This document shows positions 51,666-64,000 of a stretch of 64,000 nucleotides of DNA, in pieces (within the stretch, counting starts at the first letter, position 1; each line of letters starts with the position of its first letter). Source of the DNA: Octopus bimaculoides (taxonomy: Eukaryota); contig NC_068981.1 of the NCBI RefSeq assembly GCF_001194135.2, positions 79,182,547 to 79,246,546 on the forward strand, read 5' to 3'. Below the pieces are notes generated by a model, which worked only from the letters and a program-made list of their open reading frames with translations, searched no databases and was not told the DNA's origin. Position numbers and translations under genes: made by a program.

Positions 51666-53829
51666 AAATAATAATAATAATAATAATAATAATAATTGAA
51701 GGAAGATATAAAGTTTTTTAAAAGAAAGATAGACTATTATTTGTACAACCCATGTTAGCATGAAAAGCAGACATTAAATGATGATGCTGATGAATTTTTG
51801 TTTCTGTTACAGACACAAGGTCACTGATTTTAGTGGGAGCAGGTAAGTTCATTATATCAAACCCAGTACTTCACTGATACTTCATTTAATCAACTCCAAA
51901 AGAATGAAAAGCAAAGTCAACCTTGCAGAGTCCATCCTTCTCCAACTCTGAATGCAGCTAATTTCTTATCTCTGCCATGAAGAAAGGAAGAGAAACTGAC
52001 AGAAATAAAGGGGGAGTAAGAGAAAAATCAAAACCTCGGCAGGTACCTTATAAACCTTGAAATGGTGAAAGGCAAAGCTGATTTCAGTGGGATTTGAATT
52101 CAGAGCAATAAAGGGTCAGAATAATTATCACAGAGCAAATTGCCTGATCAATCAAAAATGATAAAGATATGAAAGGTTCTTCCTCTTGTAAACCTTTGAA
52201 TGTAGAAAGTGGATATATCTGCTCAAAATTTTACCCAACATCCCTGAAAAAACTTCTCCAGTGACACTGTTTACAAAAGACAATATTTCAGATTTTAAAA
52301 AAATTGTTTTCACATATTTCATCAGATATCTTTTTACAGAGCAAGAATCAAATAATTTTAGTGATGGGCATTAAAACCATACCTATAGGAGATACTGAAA
52401 TTGTATTGCTAAAGCAGAAAATATCAGTTCTATTTTTTTGATGCCTAATCAAAAAACAGAATTGGAATCATCATTATCATTTAATGACCGTTTTCCATGC
52501 TGGCATGGTTGGACAGCTTGACACGAGCTGGCAAGGCCAGGGATGGCACTAGGTTCCATAGTCTGTTTTGGCTTGGTTTCTACAGCTGGATACCCTTTCT
52601 AATGCCAACCACTCCACTGAGTGTACTTAGTGCTTTTTACATGGCACCATCACCAGCGCTTCTTACAAGGCACCAGCACCAGTGCTTTTTACGTGGCACC
52701 AGTGCTTCTTATGTAGCACCAGTGCTTTTTACATGGCACCAGCACCCACACCAATGCTTTTTGTGGCACTCTGGACTTAGGATGATCATGAAATTTAATT
52801 ACACAAAGGGCTAAACTCATGTTATTAAGGCTTAGGTATAACAATCTAGCTGATGCTATCCCATTACTAGATTTTACTGCAATACTACATTCATTTTCTT
52901 TTAATACAGATTGTTTGATATTATCCATTCAGCACATCACTAAACCAATCCTTTTCCAAATCCCTACTTAATCTTTCTTACTGCTTTACACAGCTTCCAT
53001 AAGATTCAGTGCATAAAAGGCAACTCTCATCGAATCCATGCTCTCTTATTAAGTAAAACTAACAAGGTACCAAATTTTAATTGAGATAAGGCAAGTAGAG
53101 TTAAAATAACTTGCTCAAGGACACATCTCAACATTTGTAATGCAACCCCTCAGCCTTTGAACTTACCATTAACTTATCTAGTTTTTCACAAAAAGTGAAT
53201 TTCAAGAAAATAAAAACAAAAATTATTGTTTTACTTGCTTAAAACATTATTTTATCAGCAAAACAGTTTTATTCTTGGCAGTGAGAAGAAAGACTTCCAC
53301 ATTGAATAAAATAAAACTTATCTAACACTTTTATTTTAATTATTTTGGTAGAAAAAATGTGAAAGTACATTAGGAAGTACAATACTTTAGAGGATGTGTG
53401 TGTGTGTGTGTGTAAGGTGCAGGACTTCTGTTATCTCAATCATAGATTGTAACTTTTGTAGTGTGACCTTTGGTAAAGCACATAACCCAGCATGCTTCCT
53501 ACTTGAATGACTCACAGTTGAATGGTAAACATCCATCAGTAAAAATAACAGCTCCAACAATATGTAAATATCCATATTTACACACATATACACACACACA
53601 AATGAGAAACAAATTTACAACCAGTGTTGTTATGTTAGAATCTTTTATCGTTTGCAGAAGCGCTGCTTTGAAAAGTTTAGTTGATAAAAAAAAAAAAAAA
53701 TGACTCCAGTACTTTTTATTTTAAGCCTGGTACTTTATTAGTTTCTTTTGTCAAATTTTTAAGTTACAGGGACATAAACAAAACAACACTGGTTGTTAAG
53801 TGATGGTGAAGGAGAAACACATACACAAA

Positions 53830-53867
<38 letters not shown>

Positions 53868-56800
53868 ATGGACATTTAAAAAATGATATAATCATAGAAA
53901 TAATATCTGTTTCAGTTATTACTGTCAGTATGAAGTTATCAGTCGTATACATAAATCACTAGAGACTTAACTCATTTAACATCATCAATAGCTTGGGAAA
54001 CATAGTATAACATCCAGACAACTTACCAGAAAAATTATGCAATTCATAGGCTCAGAGTAAGTAGTACACTGGAATTTAAAGCAAGGAACTGTCCTGCTTG
54101 AAAACTGGGTTGTTATACCATTTGACAGGAAGTTTGAATCTAAGTGAAAGAGAGGAAACAAAAAACAAACACTGTAACAAAGAAATGTAATGCAAAATTA
54201 CAAACTGATATCTAATATAAGAACAAGACTATACATTTAGAGGGGAAGGGTACCATCAATTATATAGAGTCCAGTACTTAACTGGTACTTTTTTTTATTA
54301 ACATCTGGAAAGATGAAACATAAACTTGACTTTGGTGAAATTTGAAATCAGAACTTAAAGGGCCTAATTAAATATTGCAGCCATTTTGTCAAGCATTCCT
54401 ACCATTTCAGCCCATTCACTGTCTTTGTAGAGCTATTAAAAAAATGTTGTTGTTTTTTTTAATAATAATAATAATAATGACATCAAAACAAAACCAAGGG
54501 AAAAGTATTTAAGCATTTGTTTAACCTACTGGAAATAGTAGCTTAATCTATCTCAAATCAAAAGTTACCACCTTAAGTAAAGAAGAACAAATTGAACAAT
54601 ATAACTATGATATATATATATATATAAATATATATATATAAACAGATGGTCATGGTTGGCATGTCTTTAATCTTAGGCCTACTCAGTCTTTGCTGACCCA
54701 AAGCTGAACAACATCAGTAATGAAAGCTTTATATTCATATAGTATACCAAGGATAGATGAGCTGAGTAAAGCCCAGATATACTCAGGAATTTCATCACCA
54801 CAACTTGCTTCTAAAACACAAAATACTTCTGAAAGAGATTATGTCTCAAGTTTAAGCCAAACATTACACATTATTAGGAAATTAACAAATCAGAAAAGTT
54901 AATTACATTGGAAAAACTATAGTTTCTCTCTCAGTATGTAATGAATTCAAGAAGTAACTAATAGCTATAAATTGTAATAAATATATCAACCAACAGCTGA
55001 TGCCTTTAAAAAGATAATTGTTTGTCAAGTAAATTATTTTTTATCTCACTCTACCAGATACACAAAGCTTTGACACACACAAGTGCAACACTCTACAGTT
55101 CCGGGAATTTGCAAATGTTTGGATTTCTACTATGTAATAGAGATTCTTTTCATCTCTGAGATGATTATTCCGTGTTACTCCTTTTTCTTTTCTCTTCTTT
55201 TCTCTAATAAGTATAGTTAGGTTACTTTCTCGAGTCATGTCAACTCAAAAGGGCCAGTTTCCCATTTTCATGGCATATACATTTTCCACCTAGACAGGAC
55301 ACCAGTCCATTGCAGGAATACTCATTTTTGTCAGCTGAGTGGACTGAAGCAATGTGAAATGAAGTGTTTTGCTCAAGAAAACAATGTATCATCCAGTCCA
55401 GTAATCAAAACCGCAATATTACAATCACCAATCCAACATTCTAACCACTACGCCACATGCCTTCACTTCTTTTCTCTAATGGCTTACTAAAAAAAAATTG
55501 CAAATATTTCTGAAACATGTACCCATCTACATAAGAACAAATAATTTGTAACATTGTAGGTCTAGCTCAATCAAGTCTCATCTGGAGGCAAATAATTTTT
55601 TTATGACCTAGAACTAGACAACAATTTATCTTTTTATGTAAAAAAAAAAAAAAAGACATTAAAATCATTGACTATTTTAGCAAACGCTGATGCATTTCAA
55701 TTTATTTAGTACTCAGGCTGCAAAAGTCTAATGTATTATCTAAAGTTAAATTTTGGACACAAATTTTGGGGCAGGAGATAAGTCAGTCACACTGACCCCA
55801 ATGCTCAACTAGTACTTATTTTTCAAACCCAAAAGGATGAAAGGCAAAGTTGACCTTGGTGGAATTTGAACTCAGAACGTAATGACAGATGAAATGCCAC
55901 TAAGAATTTTGTCCAGTGTGCTAATGATTCTGCCAGCTCACTGCCTTAATGTTAAGTTAAATATAGATATAAGATCAAGAACAAGTACAAGAGTAAATTA
56001 TAGTAACCCCAGTTCTCAACTCCTACTTTATTTTGTTAACTCCAAACTCCAGGAAGATGATAGTTAAAGTTGACCTTGGCGGGATTTGACCTCAGAATGT
56101 AAGATGTAACTGAATGCTTTAAAGCATTATGTCTACAGCTCTAATGATCCTGAAAAGCTACTGTCACATATCTACATATCCAAATAATTTATGTTTGCCA
56201 ATGAAAAGGTTTCTACACAGTTGCTGCCCCTGCCAGAACTAACAGCCAAGTCTTCTTTGAATCACCTCTCGCAGTCTTTATAAAAAAAATTACATTTGAT
56301 AATGTATATAGTTCTAGATACATTGCAACTGAATAAAAGATGAAGTGGTTGTGATTGGTTTGCCTTCTAACCCATTTGTTTACTCTGCTCAATCAATAAT
56401 AACCTGGGGCTAACAACAAAAACTCATGTCTGTACAGTCATTGGGTCTGCTGGAAATAGCAGCTCACTCTAGAATATTAAATATGAATAGGGCATATTGA
56501 ATAATATAGTCCTTGAAATAGTCCTAAAAACAAACAAAAATAAAAGCAGTAGGTCATGGCTGGAAGACCCATGATCAAAGGCAAATCTACTTTACATATA
56601 TGTTATTTTAAGCATCTTTAAATATATTGGTTTCAAATTTTGGCACAAGGCCAGCAAGTTCAAGGGAGGAAGTAAGCCAATTACATCAACCCCAGTGCTC
56701 AACAGGTACTTATTTTATCGACTCTGATGGGATGAAACACAAAGTTAACCTCAGCAGAGACTGAGTTCAGAATGTAAAGATGGACAAAATGCCACTAAGT

Positions 56801-57285
56801 ATTTTGCCCAGCATGCTAACTATTCTTCCAGTTTGTCACCTTAGAGTCTATGAATATATTAAACATAAGTATAACACACATAAGTATATTTATATATTAC
56901 ATATGTGGCAATATCATATTAAGTTATAATCAAGTTCATGTATATATATATATATTGGAGACACAAAGGTATTAGTTGTCCAGATCATATAACTGTAAAT
57001 AAATATTACTGAGAGAAAGAATTTGTTGCCAAAAGCTGTAACATTAGTGTGAAATTGATAAACATTTCATTAGATTTTCAATGCTAACTTCAACTCCATT
57101 TTTTAGTGTAACTTGGAGAATGAAGAGCTCCGACATGCTATCTTGTCACAAACATGAAAAAATGTTCAGTTGTGACTCCACAACCTTGAGGAGTTTTGCC
57201 AAACAGCAAATACGTGTCTCTATGTCTATAGGATTTAAATATTGATCTAAAACCTCAAATTACATTTACATATTAAGCAGCTATA

Positions 57286-57677
57286 GGCATAGGAATGGCT
57301 GTGTGGTAAGTAGCTTGCTTACCAACCACATGGTTCCGGGTTCAGTCCCACTGCATGGCACCTTGGGCAAGTGTCTTCCACTATAGCCTCGGGCCGACCA
57401 AAGCCTTGCGAGTGGATTTGGTAGACGGAAACTGAAAGAAGCCCGTCGTATATATGTATATATATATTTTTGTATGTGTGTTTGTGCTTGTCCCCCCCAC
57501 CATCACTTGACAACCAATGCTGGTGTGATTGCATCCCCGTAACCTAACGGTTTGGCAAAAAGAGACCGATAGAATAAGTACTAGGCTTACAAAGAATAAG
57601 TCCTGGGGTCGATTTGCTCAACTAAAGGCGGTGCTCCAGCATGGCTGCAGTCAAATGACTGAAACAAGTAAAAGAGT
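57286..57677 (+). mobile_element. Full-length family A SINE with TSD
   Basis: Same structure as 46674; flanks TATTAAGCAG / TATTAAACAG. Confidence 0.9.
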
Positions 57678-58264
57678 ATTAAACAGTCATTCCTATATTG
57701 AATTCTGTTCCCTTTTTTCAATAGGCTCAATACAACCTTGCCTTTGCCCCTTAATTTACTGCCTCCTGTGAATCCCTATCTCTAAACCCTACTTCTTCAC
57801 ACACATCCGCAGTCCAAATTAAGTACTGACCATTAGCCAACATCAAAACCATTATCTTTCTTGACTTCTCATTTGAACCAATCTGTACTCCTCCTGCCTA
57901 GAACTGAATGTTACTTTGTTGAAGGCTTCACTTCACACACTTCAGTCAATAAGATTATTTCATATGCATGCACAGACAAACATATATATACGTTTTACAC
58001 ACATGCCACATTGTGTGTGTGTACAGAAAGAAAGCAAGAAGGCTGTACAGAACTGAAGATAATGAAAATAGTCAGAGATGTTTGATGGATCATATATTCA
58101 CCACCATTACATCCCCCACTCCAGCCAAGGTTAGTTAGCACTAGTGGTGGTGGGGTTATACAGCCACAAAACCCACAGCTCCAATTACACATTTTCTTGT
58201 ACACAGAAATGTTGCCACCACTTTCAGGTTGTTGGAACTGCTTTGTATTACTACAGTAGCAAAC

Positions 58265-58308
<44 letters not shown>

Positions 58309-58941
58309 GAGAGAGAGAGAGAGAAACTGTAAGCATGTTTGTTTGTGTACATATATTTGGAGCAGTGCCAAATGAGAGAGAAACAGAAAATAAATTTTTT
58401 TCCTACACAAGTGTAATCACACAGTTTCATCTGTAGGACATTCCATTCATGAGCTGTCAGTCTGAAATCACAAATTAAATATCTTCTCCCCTCTCTCGAG
58501 CAATGGTGAGCAGCAGCACAATCAGCAGGGTGACACTCCCAAGAACTACGCTAAGTAAAGGCGATGCTTCCAAGGAATATNNNNNNNNNNNNNNNNNNNN
58601 NNNNNNNNNNNNNNNNNNNNNNNNNNNNNNNNNNNNNNNNNNNNNNNNNNNNNNNNNNNNNNNNNNNNNNNNNNNNNNNNNNNNNNNNNNNNNNNNNNNN
58701 NNNNNNNNNNNNNNNNNNNNNNNNNNNNNNNNNNNNNNNNNNNNNNNNNNNNNNNNNNNNNNNNNNNNNNNNNNNNNNNNNNNNNNNNNNNNNNNNNNNN
58801 NNNNNNNNNNNNNNNNNNNNNNNNNNNNNNNNNNNNNNNNNNNNNNNNNNNNNNNNNNNNNNNNNNNNNNNNNNNNNNNNNNNNNNNNNNNNNNNNNNNN
58901 NNNNNNNNNNNNNNNNNNNNNNNNNNNNNNNNNNNNNNNNN

Positions 58942-61044
58942 TTCTACAGCTGGATGCTCTTCCTAATGCCAACCACTCCGAAAGTGTAATGGCTGCTTAT
59001 TACGTGCCACTGGCACGGGAGCTAGTCAGGCAGCACTGGCATTGGCCACGTTTGGATGGTGCTTTTTTGTGCTACCGGCACAGGAGCCAGTCGAGGTGGT
59101 GGGGCTGGTATCAACCACGTTCAGATGGTGTTTTTTACATGCCACCGGCATGGGGAGCCAGTCAGGCAGCACTGGCAATGATCCACACATGAATGGTGCT
59201 TAGTGCATCCCACCAGCATGGGAGCCAGTCAGGTGGCACTGGCATCGGCCACAACTACAATTTCCATTCGATTGTGATTTGATTTTGATTTTACTTGATT
59301 CAATAGTTTTCCTTAAGCACAGCATGTCACCCAACAATTCAAAGGTACTTTTTAAATGGGCTGGTTATGCGACACCAGTGTCTTCTCAGTCACAGCATAT
59401 CTCCAGAGGTCTCAACCTTTCGTCATTGCTTCTGTGAGGCCCAGTGTTCAAAGGTCATGCTTCACCACCTCATCCTATTTCATCCTGGATCTCCCTCTAC
59501 CATGGGCTCCTTCCACTGTTAGGGAGTGACACTTCTTCACACAGCTCTCCTCATCCATACGCAGTACATGACCATACCAGTGCAGTTTCTCTCTTGCACA
59601 CCACATCTGATGCTTCTTATGTCCAACTTTTCTTTCATGGTGCTTACACTCTGTCATGTGTGCACACTGACATTACACATTGAACAGATCATACCAGCTT
59701 CATTTCTTTCAAGTCTACGCATGTCTTCAGCAGTCACAGCCCATGTTTCATTGCTGTGTAGCATGGCAGTTCGCACAGATGCATTATACAATCTAACTTT
59801 CACTCTGAGCGAGAGGTCCTTTGTCACCAGTAGAGGTAGAAGCTTTCTGAACTTTGCCCAGGCTATTCTTATTCTAGTGGCAATGCTCTCTGAACATCCA
59901 CCCCTACTACAGACTTGATCCCCGAGATAACAGAAGCTATCAACTACTTCTAGTTTCTCTCCTTGGCATGTGATGGAATCAGTTTTCTGAGCATCTGTAG
60001 TGTTTATTGCCCCTGTGCATCTGCCACACACAAAAACTATCTTCCCAGATAACCTTCCTTTGATGTTGTTGCACCTCTTATGTGACCATAGCTTACACTG
60101 GGTACATCTTATGGAGTTTCTACCTATACTTTTTCTATAGATTGAGCAGGGTCATCTACCTGAAGGGGTTTGTGATGTATTCGCCTTCCTACTTACTAAG
60201 ACTGGTTTTTGCAACATTGACTCTAAGGCCCTTTGATTCTAAACCTTGCTTCCACACCTGAAATTTCTTCTCTAGTTCTGGTAGTGATTCCGCTATGAGG
60301 GCAANNNNNNNNNNCACCTGAAATTTCTTCTCTAGTTCTGGTAGTGATTCCGCTATGAGGGCAAGGTCATCAGCATAGAGGAGCTCCCAGGGGCAACCTG
60401 TCCTGAATTCCTCTGTTATTGGCTGGAGGACTATGGTGAATAAAAGGGGGCTGAGGGCTGATCCTTGATGAACCCCTACTTCTACCCAGAATTCTTCACT
60501 ATATTCACTGTACAGCCCTTATTAACCACTTGTCAATCCACAGTTTCTGCATCGCCCACCAGATAAGGGATCGGAGGACCTTGTTAAAGGCTTTCACCAA
60601 GTCAACAAAAGCCAAGTATAGGGGTTTATCTTTGGCTAGGTATTTCTCCTGCAGTTGCCATACCAGGAATATAGCATTAGTGGTGCTTCTACCTGGCACA
60701 AAACCGAACTGCATCTCATCTAAGCAAACTCTCTCCCTAATTAGTTGGGCTATGACCCTCTCCATGACCATCACCTGATCTAGTAGTTTGATACCCCAGT
60801 AATTATTTCTATCTACAGCATCACCTTTACCTTTGTAGCAGTTGACTATGGTGCTGCTACACCAGTCATTGGGTATGGATCCTTGAACTACTTGGTTTAC
60901 AATATGGGTGACTAGGCCACAACCCACACCACCAGATATTTTAAGCATCTCAGTAGTGATTCCTGATGGGTCAGGGGCTTTTCCTGACTTCATATCCTTA
61001 ATTGCTTTATCTGCCAGGGTGCTATCTATTTGGGTAGCTGGTGT
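58942..61044 (-). mobile_element. 5'-truncated RTE-clade LINE (RT domain to 3' UTR)
   Basis: KAIKDMKSGKAP, MQFGFVPGRSTT, LYLAFVDL.KAF, GVHQGSALSPLLF, LLYADDL, LEVVDSFCYLGD; the 3' UTR runs into the gap. Confidence 0.95.
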
Positions 61045-62331
61045 CTCTTGCAGCAAGTGTTCAGAGGGGGCTTACTACCCACACTGACCCATACCTTCAT
61101 TTCACCATGGAATTTTTCATTATGTTTTGCCTTTTTTCAGCCACAGCCAACCATAGCATGGATTACATAACAGAGATGTTTAAAATCAAGCGATGCCTGG
61201 GCCTAAAGCATTTTAAAGGTATCTGCCTTGCAAGGGGCCAATTCCACTCACTAAGCAACATATGTATTTACCCCAAAAAGAAGTCTACATCTTTGAATGC
61301 AAACAAAGTTAAAGGTGTTACATCAGAGATTTTCTCCTCTTAGAGAGATGTCAAAAAAAAAAAAAAAAGTCACTAGGAGTTTCTCACTCTCAGCTGTTGG
61401 ATGGCTGTTGTATCTGCAACAGGTGTTATTTTTTGTTCTGCAGGGTGTCCAATGAAAACCACTCTTCTTACAAAGCAAGCTTGGTAGGGTTGCCAGTTTG
61501 GTTGCTGACAGCCCAACCATGTGACAAGCTGTACTGGATTACATGCTACCAGTAGCATTAAGCATGAGTGTGTATCATCATCATCATCGTTTAACATCCG
61601 CTTTCCATACTGACATGGGTTGGATGGTTTGACTGAGAACTGGCAAACCAGGAGGCTGCACCAGGCTCCAACTGATCTGACAAGGATGTCATAGGGAGAT
61701 ATTACCTTGCTTGGAAATAGATAAGGGATAGCAACAGGAAGGGCATCTGGCCATAAAAAAAAAAACCTGCCTCAACAAATTCAATCTGACCCATGCAAGT
61801 ATGAAAATGTGGATGTTAAATCATGATGGTATACCTCCCTCCACCAAACACACAAACATTATTATTAACTCCCAATGAACAAGTAAATATTCACATGTAT
61901 GTGATTTGTATGTTCTCTGCATTTATGTTTGAGACAAACAGTTAGGTGTAAAACAATGTTTGTGCAGATATCCTGACACACAAATGTCAAGAAGGCAGAG
62001 AAATTAACTGTTTATTGAATTCCATTAAGTCCTAGTCACAGGTAAGAAAAGATCAGTTGAAGTTATGTACATATTTATAAGCTAATAAAAAAAAAAAAAC
62101 TCATTGTGAAATGTAAAGGTTTTGTATTGATAATATATACGTCTCATGCTGTCCTATCGCAGAATGGCATTTAAGCTGCTTAATTCTGAATATAATGATG
62201 CTTATGTTTTCGTAATCACAACTCTGTGTGTCTGTATGGCTTCTTCATTTTCTGGAACATTTGTTTTAAATGTTGCATGTGTGTTTGAACATAACTTAAT
62301 GTGCGATTTTATATAACAGACATGGAATATG

Positions 62332-62392
<61 letters not shown>

Positions 62393-62655
62393 TGTGTGTG
62401 AGTGAGTGCGTGCGTGCAGTGGAGGTGAATGAAAGTTTAGAACACTGATCTCAATAAATGTACTTTACATCCCGCAATATGTGACATAGTATAATTTTTG
62501 TTCCATTTCAATTTGCCCATGTATATGAATTCCTAAAGGTCAGGTCAATGATACTACTTGATGCCAGTGAGAGTGGGGAAGGAGAAGTAGAACACACTTG
62601 AACTCATCAAAAACTATGATATTCAAAAGTGATGAACAAAGACAGAATACACAGA

Positions 62656-62825
62656 GGCGTAGGAGTGGATGTGTGGTAAGTAGCTTGCTTACCAACCACA
62701 TGGTTCTGGGTTCAGTCCCACTGCGTGGCACCTTGGACAAGTGTCTTCAACTATAGCCTTGGGTAACCAAAGCCTTGTGAGTGGATTTAGTAGACAGAAA
62801 CTGAAAAAAACCCGTCGTATATATG

Positions 62826-62869
<44 letters not shown>

Positions 62870-63062
62870 TCCCCCTAACATCGCTTGACAACCGATGCTG
62901 TTGTGTTTAGGTCCCCATAACTTAGCGGTTCAGCAAAAGACACAGATAGAATAAATACTAGGCTTACAAAGAATAAGTCCTGGGGTCGATTTGCTCGACT
63001 AAAGGCAGTACTCCAGCATGGCCACAGTCAAATGACTGAAACAAGTACAAGAGTAACGAGTA
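62656..63062 (+). mobile_element. Full-length family A SINE
   Basis: Near-identical to the 46674 and 57286 copies. Confidence 0.9.
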
Positions 63063-63399
63063 TGCAAAATCTCTCACTGTTATATTCCTTCGCACACCCT
63101 GCAAAGTGACAGGTTATTGCAACTAAGCATTATAAAACTTCATCTTTTATCAATGAAATATCAATAAAATATAATATAACAGGATGAATAAAATATAATA
63201 CAAATCTAGTACTGGACTCAATACAATCAAATAACAGCCACACATTACATATATTCGCAAGTATCCAGGTATTGTACTTATGTTAGAAACAATTAAATTG
63301 TGGCTATGCAGTTAAGGAACTTGATTACCAGCCATGATGAGTTATTCTAATCTCTATTGAAATCTATGTAAAAAAAGTATACATTTCCAATTTTTACAA

Positions 63400-63895
63400 A
63401 ATGATACCAGCAAAGATCCCAGCTAAGACTCTACTCCCTCGAGAGAAGGCGGGAGAGGTATGCAGTAATATACATCTGGAAGATCCTGGAAGGAATTGTG
63501 CAAAATTTTGGCATTGAAAGCTACACCAATGCCAGAACGGGACAACACTGCAGAGTGTCAAAGATCCCAGCAACACCACCACGCTTCAGGACCAGTTACT
63601 GCAACAGTCTGGGTTTCAGGGGACAACAGCTTTTTTAATAATCTCCCAAAGAGCCTGAGGAACCTGCACAAAGTAGATGCAGGTGCTCTTAAATCAAAGC
63701 TGGACCTCTCCCTGTTGAGAGTCCCAGAGGAACCTACTTCACGGCAAGAGGTGCAAATCAGGTTAACTATATCAAACTCCATTCTTCACCAAGTGCCACA
63801 TATGGGAGGAGGCTCTAAGTAATAACAGTGTAGCAAAACAGCGGTGCATCAGCATGGCCACAGCTCTGAGCTGAAACTACAGAAAAAATAAAAAG
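63400..63895 (+). mobile_element. CR1/L2-superclade LINE 3' end
   Basis: YCNSLGFRG..LF / NNLPKSLRN...KSKLD..L.RVPEEP, stop at 63822, short 3' UTR ending in an A-rich tail. Confidence 0.8.
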
Positions 63896-63934
63896 AAAAA
63901 ATATATATATATGAATATATATTGTTTTTATATA

Positions 63935-64000
<66 letters not shown>

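Noticed and set aside
55051-55204. Possible TMEM164 5'-UTR exon (AG...AGA|GTGAGA, a few CpGs)
   Set aside because: Weak polypyrimidine tract and no independent support; cannot be called without transcripts.
9820-59192. ORFs spanning N runs (9820-10329, 43211-43566, 50827-51282, 58475-59192)
   Set aside because: Length comes from X residues in gaps.
60255-60364. 50-bp direct repeat inside the RTE around a 10-N gap
   Set aside because: Same overlap artefact.

Overview
AT-rich, repeat-dense animal genomic DNA with eight N-gaps. The SINE/RTE repertoire resembles Octopus (recalled, not database-checked). The window holds one complete protein-coding gene on the minus strand: a TMEM164 ortholog in five coding exons (48862-48542, 30142-30026, 27189-27111, 17471-17371, 6991-6575). 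All four introns are GT-AG with matching phases, giving 344 aa with the LNPCH and YYxQH catalytic motifs; the 5'-UTR exon(s) and promoter were not located. The introns and flanks hold three tRNA-headed SINE families, RTE and CR1-like LINE fragments, mariner and DD37D (maT) transposons, hAT MITEs, a hAT transposase fragment, a long foldback element, a possible TRIM, microsatellites, and decayed U6, 5S and tRNA-Glu copies. The least explained feature is a ~2.2 kb repeat-poor, CpG-retaining island inside the otherwise CpG-depleted third coding intron (18.1-20.3 kb). It contains a TATA box, a 60-codon very hydrophobic ORF with a splice acceptor, an AATAAA, and a 30-bp IRF/AP-1/NF-kB-like motif cluster, so it may be a nested small-membrane-protein gene or an alternative TMEM164 start. 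This is a hypothesis only. There are no prokaryotic features such as CRISPR arrays or operons.
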